This document shows positions 42,001 through 54,281 of a stretch of 64,000 nucleotides of DNA, in pieces. Numbering within the stretch: the stretch's first letter is position 1; each line of letters begins with the position of its first letter. This DNA comes from Octopus vulgaris (taxonomy: Eukaryota). A model generated the notes under the pieces. That model was not told the origin of the DNA, did no database searches, and saw only the letters and a list, made by a program, of their open reading frames with translations. The DNA lies in NCBI GenBank assembly GCA_951406725.2, contig OX597819.1, positions 26,660,001-26,724,000 on the forward strand. The letters are read 5' to 3'. The position numbers were made by a program, and so were the translations under genes.

Positions 42001-44099
42001 AACTGTTGCCAAATGCCTGCATAGAGAGTCACTAATTTATGAAATAAGATTTGAATTCTGTTAGTCTGAAACTAAATTAGGTCAACAGCCATTATAAATT
42101 CCATGCTGGACCGCTGAATATAGGGAAAAAGAAGCTTCATAGAATTTCAATTTGTTGCTTTCAGGAATGTTTGTGTGTGTGTGTGTAAATGTATGTCTTT
42201 TTATGCTGTGTGTGGTGGGGAGGTGAATGTCGAATGATGAAATGATCGCCTATTAGAGGTCTCGGAAAAGCTGCTAATCTCATGCTGTTAGAGACCTAAG
42301 GCCTGTGATATTAATTCCGCATATATCGTGGCATTTTTCCAAATCGAGTTCATAAGAGAGATTATAAATTCTGGCAACAAGTATAGGATATATTGCTGTA
42401 TCAGTGGTGCCTCTGTCTCTAATCTGTTATTTCAACATTGTATCCATTTTTCTGGATGTCTCTACATAATTGTTTCCATCATTCTCGCCAATTTAGCTAT
42501 TTTGGAACGTATGCTCGTGGATTTATCTTCCTATATATTTCTAATAAATTTAGTTTGAAGTTTAGAACCCACTTCTGAAGACTTCAACAATTTCTCCCTT
42601 AACAAATACTAATTAGATTACCTCATACAGTAATTTAAACTCAAGAAAGGAAAATATTGTTTTATAACACGATCCTGAAATAGAAATATATTACACGAAC
42701 TCGAATGATATTATTCCATAATTTTAAAACATATTTGATGCAATGATTAAGTCTTTTAAGCATTTCTCTATCTTTTATAAGAACTGTTCGTCCTTCAAGT
42801 TTAGTTTCCTGTATCTGAATGTATGACTCTTATTGAAGACTTTGTTTTTTTTTACTGTAGACGGTGTGACGTAGGAGACTGTTCTCAGCATACTGTTTGC
42901 AGTATTTCGTGCCAGTTTTATCTTGACAAATTATCGTTATAGTGGGGTTTTTTTCTGTTTTCTTTTCCAGGCCACCAACAATATTTTAGATATATAGATA
43001 AAATGAAACAGCAAGAGCTATAAAGCGAAAAACATGTAAAATATTCAATAGATTTAACATGTTTGTTTGTTATGGTTATTTTGAAGGCTACAAAATTATT
43101 TTTTTTAATTCTCAGGATATGTTAACCAGAACAATAACGGCACGTTAATAGCCGATTTGACGAGTTCTGTATCTCAAGCACACCGCTTAAAGTAACTTGA
43201 CATGTATAAACCTTTAAAACAAATTAATTAAAACTCTAAATTGAATTACCTAAATGTAGGCGTCCCCAATTACATGTGCAAGTAATTACGAAATTCTTTT
43301 TTAATGAAACAACATCCGGCACTTAAGATGATAATGATATGGATCTTATTTTGAGGAGAAAACCTCACGATGCAGCATGTTATGAATCATGTTTCCATAT
43401 TCCTAAAGAATTCAATTCAGTGTTGTTTCTGCATCTATAACAACGAATTACACTGCGAGAACAAAGGATTTTGAACGTAGTCTTTCGAAATTTGAAGAAT
43501 AGCAGCCAAATTTCCTTCAAACCACATTCCATCATTTTACAAAGTGGAAGGGCACACTGGACATTATTGTCCACGGTACTTTGTAAAATAAATGGTTTAG
43601 CCACAACCAGAATTCTTTTGTCAGCATAGACCAGTTCTTAAAGTAATAAAAAGTAGTTGAATATCTACGTCTTTTCGACCATATGCATTCTACAGGGGTA
43701 TCAATTTTGCAAAGGAAAATTATTATCACGCAATTACATATAACTAAACGGCTTAATAAGTCACTTTCTAGTGGTGATACTAGGAATAAAAGCCACATGT
43801 CTTCAGATTAAACACTATCATGTTAAAAATTAATATAACACATTAACGATTATAATTGTAGGTCCTCTGTGTCCGGAAATATAATAGCATCATAACTGGT
43901 GGATGAATTTAACCATAGTTCAACTGCATCAGGTCTGATGTAAAGACAACAAAAATATAAACAAGAACTAGACGACAATAAGAACAACTAAACTAATTTT
44001 AATTCTTGTTATTTATAACTGTATTGTTTCTTCCCAGGAAAATTCATATCTAATTGTTCAAAGAAGACGTCAAATGTAACTAGTAGTGAATTCTCTTGA

Positions 44100-44990
44100 A
44101 AGGGGATAATATTTGCATCGTAATTTTACTGAGTAACTGCACAGAGAGAATTTAACTCCCAAGGACATCCATCCTGATATAGTTGCTACATTAAGTGATG
44201 ACACTCAAGTTTTATCAATAATGCAAAAGTGGGGAGCTGAATTTAGAAGGAGAAGAGAGAGCTTTGAAGATGAACCGGCGTATGGACATCCTGCAATCCC
44301 CCCCTTCACTGAGCACCACATTTTCTGATACCTGATCAAAAGCACTTGAAGCTAATCACATCACGAGATAATACGACATTGTTTGAATCAGATCCAGCTG
44401 GTTTCCAAAAATGTTTCCTAACCTAGGATGAGTGTTGGCGTCGACAAATTGAACCAGAGACAAATAGAAAATCCATGCAGTGAAAACACGCTTCCTTATT
44501 TGCATCCAAAAGGCCATGGTTGTTTCACCTGCAAGGAAGGTGACAGCTTCGGATTTTGGGGATGCAAACGGCATTGTGCTTATTGGCTATCTTCAAAAAG
44601 ACTGTATAATAACTTGCTGAAACAGTTACAAAAGTCTATCAAGACTAAACGACCGGGAAGACTCATGAAAGGTGTCTTCTTTCAAAAGGAAAATGCTCTA
44701 TCATACAAGTTCTTGGACCCAATGGCTGCTGTGTGTGACTGTGCCTTTGAACTGGTTGATCGCCTTCCCTATTTTCCTGATTTGGTCCCATTTGACTATT
44801 ATCTGTTCCCCAACATGAAAAAAAAACATTGGATGAGGACCAGTATCTCTGTGAGAAAGACGTCATATCTACTGTTGACTTTTTCGACAGCAGGATGGTA
44901 GCATTTTCAACAACACGATCCAAGCACAGCAACACCGATGGAAGAAGTGTGCGAACTACAAGGTTGACTATGTTGAAGAATAAACCTAAT
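44100..44990 (+). mobile_element. mariner (DD34D-type) transposase pseudogene
   Basis: LTPKDIHPDIVATL...QKWGAEFRRRRESFEDEPAYGHP, KRPGRLMKGVFFQKENA and PYFPDLVPFDYYLFPNMKK (cf. PYSPDLAPSDFxLF), with frameshifts. Ends are approximate. Confidence 0.85.
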
Positions 44991-47900
44991 CTGATCAAAT
45001 GATTACATAGAATCAGTTTAATATTCACTCATGTACTTAATTAATTACTTATTAGGTGGTTTCTATAAAGACTGCTCAGAGCATTTACTTATGGAATAAC
45101 TGAAAGGATAAACAAGCTATCTATATATCAATTTTAAGCTATGAATCAGCAAAAACAAAGATGTGTACAAATACACAAACATATTTATATATGTGCACAC
45201 ATGCACACATACGCATACACAAATATTTATACGTTACGTTTATATGGATATAGTATAACCATCTCGCATAGACTTGAGTTACTGAAAAGTATCTGTTTAC
45301 GAACATGAAAAATAACTTATAAGGGATAAGAAGTTAATAGGTTATGTGCATATATGCATATATAAACATACACAAATATACGTTCATATGGATATAGCAT
45401 AACCATCTCGCATAGAACAGCAACAATATATATATATATATATAAATTGTGTGTGTTCTGTACGTGTGTATGCTAGCTGCCTAAATGACCTCTACAGAAA
45501 CTGATAAATATTAGAGATTTCCAAAATCTACATCTTTGACATGTCAATGCAAAATTATTTGCGTACTCGAATCACTATCACATTAATAATGTATACCTCA
45601 AGTTAATGGTTATATTATTAAGTGCGTTTATAATTCGCTTTTGAAGGAAAAAATGTCTTCAACTTGATGGAAATAAAACGTTTTTAATTTTCAACAGAAA
45701 AAATCTCAGAAAATGTTCTTCATGAAAAAATAGCATGTTTAAATATTAAATAGTCGTTAAATTAAATTTAAAAAGCCGGTTAAATAAGTCACATATATAT
45801 TATTTTATATTAAGTGACATACAGTACACAGTCATACAGTACAGAACACAGATTTATTATGCTTTCTTTCAGTGCATATTCTGTAAAATGGGAGTAAAAA
45901 TTTAGATGTGCAGTGTGTTGCTCGTGATGGAATAAACTTTGGAATGATTTCTTTTCAATTATTTCACTTATTTCTCTAACTCCCAAGATACTGGGATTGA
46001 TGTAACAGCTTTCCTGTTTGTTTCCATCAACAATTGCACACATCAGGCTTGCCATCATATGTTCATATCTGTAAAGTTAAATAAATCGATTTTCTTGTAA
46101 CTCTAACACATATAAGACCGAAACGCCTAGTCCTGTTCCCACAGAAGAAGAATATGCATTATCTACTTTCTTCTTGTGAGAATAGATACATATTATTGAT
46201 GTTACATTTCAACAATCCTACCATATGATAAAGACAGACATGAATATTTTCAATGCATTATTTAATTTTCTGTCTCAGTGTATTAACACTACAAAACCAT
46301 AATGGATGGATGCTGTAATAATAAATGTTGATAAAACTTTAATGAAAACATATAATACAACAAAAATACCTTTTGAAGATATTTTGATAAATGAATGTTG
46401 TAAAATTCAATAATCGTTGTTTTTATTAGGCTTGGCAGCTAAACAAAGAGTAGTGAGGCGATGTCACTGAGAATTACAATATAGAAATATTTTGATATGA
46501 CTACCTTACCCAAGAGGAAATAAGACATTTTAAGTTTCAAGCTAAGAACAACCTGAAAAGTTTCGCTTTAGTAAAAATATCAAAAGCTTTGCTATGCTCA
46601 GATTAGTCTAAATATGTGTAATTTCCCGATTTGACCCGCAGCTATAAAATAAGCGATAACTCGCCTTCAGTTTTCATGAATTGAAAGTGACAAGGGATCT
46701 ATCTCCTTCTGAATAAGACTCGTGCATATCGCGGGAAACTTCGCCGATTGGGACTAAAGAAGCCAGCACTTCAGAATCAAATTTGTTGATTCTACAAATG
46801 AAAAAAAAAACCAGTAAATTTCTGTCTAGTTGATTGTTTCTGCTTTCTTTTTTTTTTCTTAGTATTTCCTTAAATATTTACTACATCTCTGGAATAGTCG
46901 AATCAGCAATGTCGGAAAAATTGATTTGGGGTATCTCTTCCGGCCGTTTGCGCTCTGATTTATTGGCTGTTAGACTTAATTAGTGGCTCGGTTTAACACC
47001 ACTACTTGAACATTAGGTATCATGCTTAGTATTTTACTTTATGGAACGTATTCAAGTTAGATGTTTGGTTTCAAGAAAACTTCCTCCTTTCCAACGATAA
47101 GTATCAGAAACCCTTAAAAATATGGTGCCAAAGACACTTCTCTTTCATTAATCAGTAACAAAAATTGTAAATAGGTTCAATTTAGAAATCAAACTGGTGG
47201 GTGTTTAGTTGCTCTAAATAACCCACTAAACCAATCTGAAAATTGAAATCTATATAGTTCACATCATGCGGACAACAGTACATATCAGTAAACCAATAGT
47301 ATTATACGTATATATCAGTATACTTGTATTATCGATGGTAATGAGTAAAAACAAAAAGAAACAATTGATTGAACAGTAACAGGATCCAAACTCAAAATCG
47401 ATTACAATATATTTAAGATGTGTACATGGGCCAATAATTGAGAGTACTGTATTAATAACACCCTGATGCAGATCATGCATATTCAATTCTAAAGTTGATT
47501 GTGTTTTGCATCGTTTGCTAATAATTCGGTTCAGGATATTTTATTTACAACGGCGCAATAGAATGAGTGATTATAATATTCTGCTTTATTTGTTCGTTTA
47601 TTACTTTAAAAGTTGTAAAATATCTATGAACTTCCATTTAAGTGAAATGCGCAGATCGTATTGTGTTTCTCTTGGGAATCATTTCATTTTAGTGAAATCG
47701 CTATCACGATACATAATGGTATAATTAAGAATATTCTAATATTTTGATTTCTTCATGAAGTGCCTTACTATATCTGTCACTTTAAATGGGTTATCTTGTA
47801 AATAGCAAATTTATCAAACTCCGTATGGAAATCGCTAATTAGTAGAATCCATCGGTGTAAACACATTTTAGGTTTTAGAATCTCATCAGAAATATTTAAC

Positions 47901-49569
47901 AATATAACTTTGTTTTGATGGGTACTGACCTAAGTGGTCTACTATTCCTAACAGCTAAACTGAAACGAGAGAACATACATGGAGACATTAGTACTGCTAG
48001 AAATAACACCCATGTTTCTATCAAATCAAACCATATCGTCTTGAAAACGAAAAGAGCGAGTTCGTTAATGTAGTCTCAAATACTATGACGGAAATAGAAG
48101 ATAAGGCATTTGCAGTGGAATACAGCATTGATTAGGCCCTCGTATGTTATCCAATAAGTGTCAAAAACACGAATCACCAAACATGGTAATTGTAATGAGA
48201 AAAATTTTATATTCATTCCAGGTTGTTGCAGTAATGCATAAATCACTAAACATATAACAACTTGGGAAATGTTTCCAGGGATAACGTTCACAGAGAGAAC
48301 ATAGAGAATATGATAAGGGAAATTAATTAGTATGCCTAAAAATGTTTAATCAATTCAGAGTACACCCATTACGGGGAACACAGTGGTCAGCTTTAATCAA
48401 AATTGATTTCCTGTCATTAGCACGAAGCTATACACGAGTGATTGAACTTCTATGAATAAAAACTACTTCCTCTTCTTCTGATCGCACCCGATCCTTTTAA
48501 AAATGGAAGGTGACACTGGATAATGTATTCCATATATACAAGGAAAGAAAAGGTGGTTACAACTGAAATGCCCTAAATAATAGAAGAGATATGTTTAATC
48601 AGAGCTGATCTGAAGCGTTCAACAGGTTTCTTCGTTGGATGTATAATATTAGTACGATACAAAAATTCCTGCTAAAATTCTACCACCATTAGCTTAGGCT
48701 AAGTTGCTGCAAATCTCAAAATTCTGTAAACACTGGTTGAAGCCATAGAAATAACAACTAATCAAACTTATGGCTTCAAGAAAGTTATATATTTCGATCT
48801 CGCCGTTATGGTTGCAATCCTTTTCAGCTGTTGTTGATGCTATTGATCTTACACTGTTGACACTGTCCCTAAGGATATAAAAGGTGCATGATAAAAATAA
48901 TAATGAACGGAAGGCGAATAGATTTGTGTGTGGATGTGCAAGTGCCTAATTGTGTATGTTCATTTTCGTACGTACACATAAGTGTGTGTATTTGTATTCG
49001 TGTATGAGGACAATTCTTTTTCGCTGAAATGGACTAAATAGAGCGTAGGATGTTTTCTAAAATCAAGTGGAAGTATCATGAGATTTCGTTGGAGAATAAT
49101 GTTGGTATGGTGATAAATGACTTGTATTATTGTACTATATATACGCAAGACTGAAGATAACAGATCAGCAACAGAAAAAAAATGTATGGAAACACACACA
49201 CACGCACACACTCACACATATACAGATATGGTGATGTATGTATGCCTATCTATGTAAGTGTGTGTGTGTGTGTGTGTGTGTGTGTTTCTGTATGCATAGT
49301 GCGTTTCCAACTCTGTTATCTTAAGTTTAGTCTACCTATATACATACCAATATATACACGTATGAATATATATACATATTCAAGTACAAACATTCATGAA
49401 AAAATATGTATTTATATGTGCACATACACACACATGCACAAATGCCTACAAATATATACATACATATGTGTGTGCATATATAAGTACATTAATGAGTGTG
49501 CATACATATACATACGTGAATAGGTACATTTACATGTATATAAAAATACAAATTTCTCTCTTTCTCTGT

Positions 49570-49641
<72 letters not shown>

Positions 49642-49660
49642 ATATGTGTATATATATATG

Positions 49661-49708
<48 letters not shown>

Positions 49709-49709
<1 letters not shown>

Positions 49710-49917
49710 GTGACGTCGTGTGTACCGTTGGCGATTTTCTTTTCTCTGTCTTCCCTTCTCTGGATCTTTCCTTCTCCTATGTTTCCGACGAAGAGTTCCG
49801 CTCGAAACGTTAAACCCTCCTTCTTTACTTCTTTCCTGAACGTCCAATAATACTATATTTGTTCCACGTCCTCCTCGCGTTGTTGTGTTTTTTTGTGTTT
49901 TCTTGTTTGGATTAACT
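49709..49917 (+). mobile_element. ~205-bp PLE-type repeat in (TA)n with minimal hammerhead (49781-49815)
   Basis: GTTT CCGACGA a GAG ttccg CTC GAAA CG TT^ AAAC; U4>C core change. Overall layout resembles 38890-39080. Confidence 0.75.
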
Positions 49918-50100
49918 ATATATATATATATATGTATACATATATATATATATATATATATATGTATACATATATATATATATATATATGTATACATATA
50001 TATATGTGTACATGTATTTATATACATACACACATACGCAGAGTATGTACACTCTTGTATTTACATATATAAGATGTCTGTGTGTGCGTGCGTGTGCGCG

Positions 50101-50136
<36 letters not shown>

Positions 50137-50962
50137 CATACTTGTGCTTGCATGTTTATACAATTTGAAACCTGTCCAGACCTATGTGTACGTAACTGGA
50201 GCATCATAAAACGGTTACGAAATGTAATGTGTGCATAAACTCCTAACACACATACACGTTATGACACAGATTTATAAACACACGCTCGTACACAGAAATA
50301 CACAAACACACTAACACGCGCCCACACACACACGCACACACACGCACACAGACATACACATGTACACACAGGCACACACACACACACACAGAAATCAATG
50401 GTTTTCCTGCGCTGATTTGATTTCAGCATTAAGACAGTTATAGTTCGGGACATGACAACACCTTACCAACGGCAATTGCTATGTACCATACTAACGTCAT
50501 TTTCTGACCTCTTTATGGTCATTCACTTCTTAACTTTAATCATCCACAATATTCCATACAAAAAGAATATGGTATTAATATTGTAGACAGTTGGGTTTTT
50601 CCTCCAACGGTTTACATAAAAATATAGCAAAATATATGGCACGCATATAACGAATAAAGTACGTTTATCAGAACCAAGCAGCCGTGTTGTCTCCTTGATG
50701 GGGAAGACTGTCCTAAAATAAGCCACGCATTTCTCTCAAATCCCGCAATTCCATCTTAGAAAGCACACGGGTGTGTGTGTGCTTGGGTGTGTTTTTGTGT
50801 GTGTATCTATGCATGTATGTATATATACATACATATACATACGCACACACAGGTGGGGAACCGATACGCCAATGAAACCGGGAAGCCGGCTCTTGTGAGC
50901 CAGCCATGGCTCGAGAAAGAACAAAGTGGGCGTTTCAAGTTCTTGTACAAAATTCAAGGTTC

Positions 50963-51009
<47 letters not shown>

Positions 51010-51028
51010 CATATATATATGTACATAA

Positions 51029-51088
<60 letters not shown>

Positions 51089-51297
51089 TAATACTGACAG
51101 GTCAGTAAAAACATACTTAAAATATTCTGAGATGTACAAAAAATCCATTTTAATTTTTGCTGTCAAAACGCTGTATATATATACCAAAGATTGTATATAT
51201 ATACATGTAATGTGACAATTTGCGACAACCAATAATTAACGCAACCAATTCCCAATAATATATTTGTTTTATCCTTTTCTGCCAAATTTTCCCAAAT

Positions 51298-51527
51298 AAT
51301 GTGACAATTATGTATAAAAAAACATTTTTGAATTCATAATATCCAATGTGACAATTATGTAAAAAACTTTTTTGAATGCATAATATTCAATGTGACAATT
51401 ATGTAAAAAACTTTTTTTGAACCCATAATATCCAATGTGACAATTATGTAAAAAACTTTTTTGAATGCATAATATTCAATGTGACAATTATGTAAAAAAC
51501 TTTTTTTGAACCCATATTATTCAATGT
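51298..51527. repeat. ~45-bp minisatellite, five units with alternating variants
   Basis: ATGTGACAATTATGTAAAAAACTTTTT(T)GAA[TGC/CCC]ATAATAT[T/C]CA repeated. Confidence 0.92.
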
Positions 51528-51540
51528 TTCCTTAAATGTA

Positions 51541-51581
51541 ACTTTTGACAATCTTTTACCAAAGAGTGAAACCGGTTAAGT
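51541..51581 (+). ncRNA. Decayed PLE-type hammerhead
   Basis: ACTT TTGACAA TCTTT tacc AAAGA gt GAAA CCGG TT^ AAGT; stems I and II and the palindromic loop III are kept, the core is mutated. Confidence 0.5.
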
Positions 51582-51658
51582 AAATAAACATCGTTTAAAT
51601 TGCATTTTCAAACCTTTTTTCTTATATAATCCCACTCGTGCGATACCCCACAACTCAA

Positions 51659-51700
<42 letters not shown>

Positions 51701-51701
<1 letters not shown>

Positions 51702-51853
51702 GAAGGCCTCCACGACGATGGAGTTACGAATTCAGGAGGACGATTGGTATCACGTGGATGAGAAAGGCGCGATCCAGAGAGGAGTGGACAGCGTGCTGTG
51801 ACCAGCGGTGTCAATTGGACGCCCGACGGACTGGTCGGTCAAGGTGAAGGTGA
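51701..51853 (+). mobile_element. RTE-clade LINE 3' end, inserted in (TA)n
   Basis: RRPPRRWSYEFRRTIGITWMRKARSREEW (cf. GRPPxRWxDxI...G..W...AxDR..W), then an (AGGTGA)2 tail. Confidence 0.8.
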
Positions 51854-51864
51854 TATATAAATAT

Positions 51865-51917
<53 letters not shown>

Positions 51918-52249
51918 AATGTTACACAAATATTATGGATCCATTTCAGCTCGACATTTGTCAGACGAGGTAGCAGGATGTGTGTGAATGTCTGTGGGTG
52001 TTGTGAATAACCGAAAAAAAAAATTGGTGGGAAAATATTTCAAAGTAAAATTTCTTTAAGAAATGTGAGTCGTGGACGAGTATGAGATAGTGTTTTCTTG
52101 ATGTGAGGGGTATATGCGTGCAGTGGGATTGTTCCTGGGGTACCGTGCTTGGGGACTGTGGAAAGGCTGTTCAATTTTCAAGTTCTATGTAAAGATGTGA
52201 GACACGCGTGCATGTGTGTATGTTTATACGTTGGTTGTGAAGATACTTG

Positions 52250-52520
52250 TGCTTAAACCAGTGGAATGTAGTGATGTAGAATCATGCATAGAAAAATACA
52301 TCAAGCTCTTGTTCCTTCTGGAAGTGAGTGGTGGGAGATCAGTGACAGATGTCAAACTAAAGATCGAGAGGCGTTGGATAAACTAATCAACGGAGCGAAT
52401 ATTTCGAGAGACAGGCAACCCGTTTTCAATTTATATGTCTCTAAAACGCATCCCGAAACTGTCTGATAGTCGGCAACTACTTTGTCTGATATAGATCGAA
52501 TCATAGAGGAAATACTATAA
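52250..52520 (-). mobile_element. Degenerate PLE GIY-YIG remnant
   Basis: Minus strand YIRQSSCRLSDSFGMRFRDI...LPVSR (cf. YIGQTxRxLxDRFxEHxRDI...PVSxHF). Confidence 0.55.
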
Positions 52521-53007
52521 GGTTGATAAAAGAGACTTAAATGTGGAAGGAGTAGTTGTCAAAGAGCCTTAAATGGGCCTTGAATGTGGAAGGTGTGTAT
52601 TTGTAGGGCCTTGGGAACTGTTTAGGAAGGAGGATCTGTAGGTGAGGAGGCTAGGTAGGTTGCCAGCACGCTTTAAGGAGAGAAAGAACGAGGGAAGAAA
52701 CGAAATGTCTGTATCTTTTATACATTTCGTGAAAGACGGTCTAGAACTCTTGTCTTCAACTTCGCAATTTAAAACTCGTTTTGTTCTCTAATTGCACTTC
52801 TTCTTCTCACTTATTGTTGTCAAAATCAAGTAAATCTATATTTTCTAAACTACGGAGCAGTAAACAACTGTTTAAATTCAGTAAAGTTAGACTACGGACG
52901 CTATAAAGATTATCTAATATTGATCAGCTAACTCTTTCTCTCTATTTATTCTCTATTTCTTTGTTCTTTCTTCTTTCTCTCTCTCTTTCTTTCTTTCTCT
53001 CTCTCTT

Positions 53008-53043
<36 letters not shown>

Positions 53044-53952
53044 CTGTCTCTCGTTCCTTCCATCCATCCACCCGCTTGCACATCGTGATTGTGCTACTGT
53101 TATTATATTTAAATTGAAGTAAATTTTGATTATTCTTGTACGAAGATGTCTAAGCGATGTCTATTCGTGTGCATGTGCATGAATTCCATTATTTGAATTT
53201 AAATATAATTCTTCGTTTCACAATGTATGTTTACTTTTAAAATATAGTGTTTTCACACTATATTTAAAAGTAGTGTTGTGTAATTCATATGCATTTGGAA
53301 TCCAAGCAGGTGTAAATACTTTCACTTATCCATTGTAGATAAAACGAGTACTATTAATATATTGTCGTCAAGCGAAGCGGTTCTAGCCGATACGTTGCAA
53401 CAGAAAAATCGATATTTCACAGATATCCAAAAATACACGATATCCAGTTAAATATACGCAGTAACCTTTCTCTTACAATCTCTGAAATATGATTCTAAAT
53501 TTAGCTAATGTTATATGTCTGCACGTTATTAAATGTGTGTACCGATTTGTCAAGATGCTATATCAGTTTCAAAATTCTATTTTTCTAATATGATTCTACA
53601 TATCGTAGCTACGTTTATTTTAACTGACTCTGGCATAATGCATTGACTAGGCTGCAACATGCTAGCTTGGCGATAATGTACTGTCTTGGCGACATCACCG
53701 CTGTCTTATTGATATCGCCACTAACTTGGAAGCAATGCACTACTTCGATTCGACAATCAGTCGTTCTTCAGCTACAGATCAATCCACAAAGTCAGCAGAC
53801 CTATAACCAAAGGCTATCTAGTCACAACCACTCGGACTATATCTTCCAATCGTTACTGTTTAGGACAGTAAGCTGTAATTTGAGTGAAGTTTGGATGTTA
53901 TATGTAGTCGGAAAACCTAATAGAGGGTCTCTAGTTTTGCTACTGTTTAGAC

Positions 53953-54281
53953 CAGGGCTGGGCAACCCGAGGTCCGCGGGTTGCATGCGGCCCGCAGATT
54001 TTTATTTTGCGACTCACTTGACACTTTCTCGAAATGTGTTTATTTAAACAAGTATTTTTTTTAATTTTATCAAAAATTAAAGATTGTAGTGAAAAGTAAA
54101 AAAGAGAGATACTACTGTTGTTGCAATGATATTTCATGTTCAATCACCAGTCATTCATTCATTATTGTAATAATAGCATGAAAAAGCAAAATGCTTTCCA
54201 TTCTGTCAGTATACAAGCAACACTAAAAAAGCTTTCTGTGTTTAAAGTGGCCCGCAATGAAATTCGAGTTGGCCAGGTCTG
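53953..54281. mobile_element. hAT (Charlie-like) MITE
   Basis: Ends CAGGGCTGGGCAAC / GTTGGCCAGGTCTG, subterminal GCGGCCCGC motifs and a perfect 8-bp TSD GTTTAGAC. Confidence 0.92.

Noticed and set aside
39411-43130. Candidate splice acceptors (TTTTTCAG at 39420, TTTTCCAG at 42970, TTCTCAG near 43115) as further host exons
   Set aside because: Downstream frames do not give the expected DHDDE continuation or any Munc13-like sequence.
45215-45416. ~35-bp direct repeat (ATATGGATATAG.ATAACCATCTCGCATAGA)
   Set aside because: A real but simple local duplication with no sign of an element between the copies.
51298-51527. CRISPR-like regular repeats here and at 30314-30485
   Set aside because: The units are contiguous with no unique spacers, there are no cas genes, and the context is eukaryotic.
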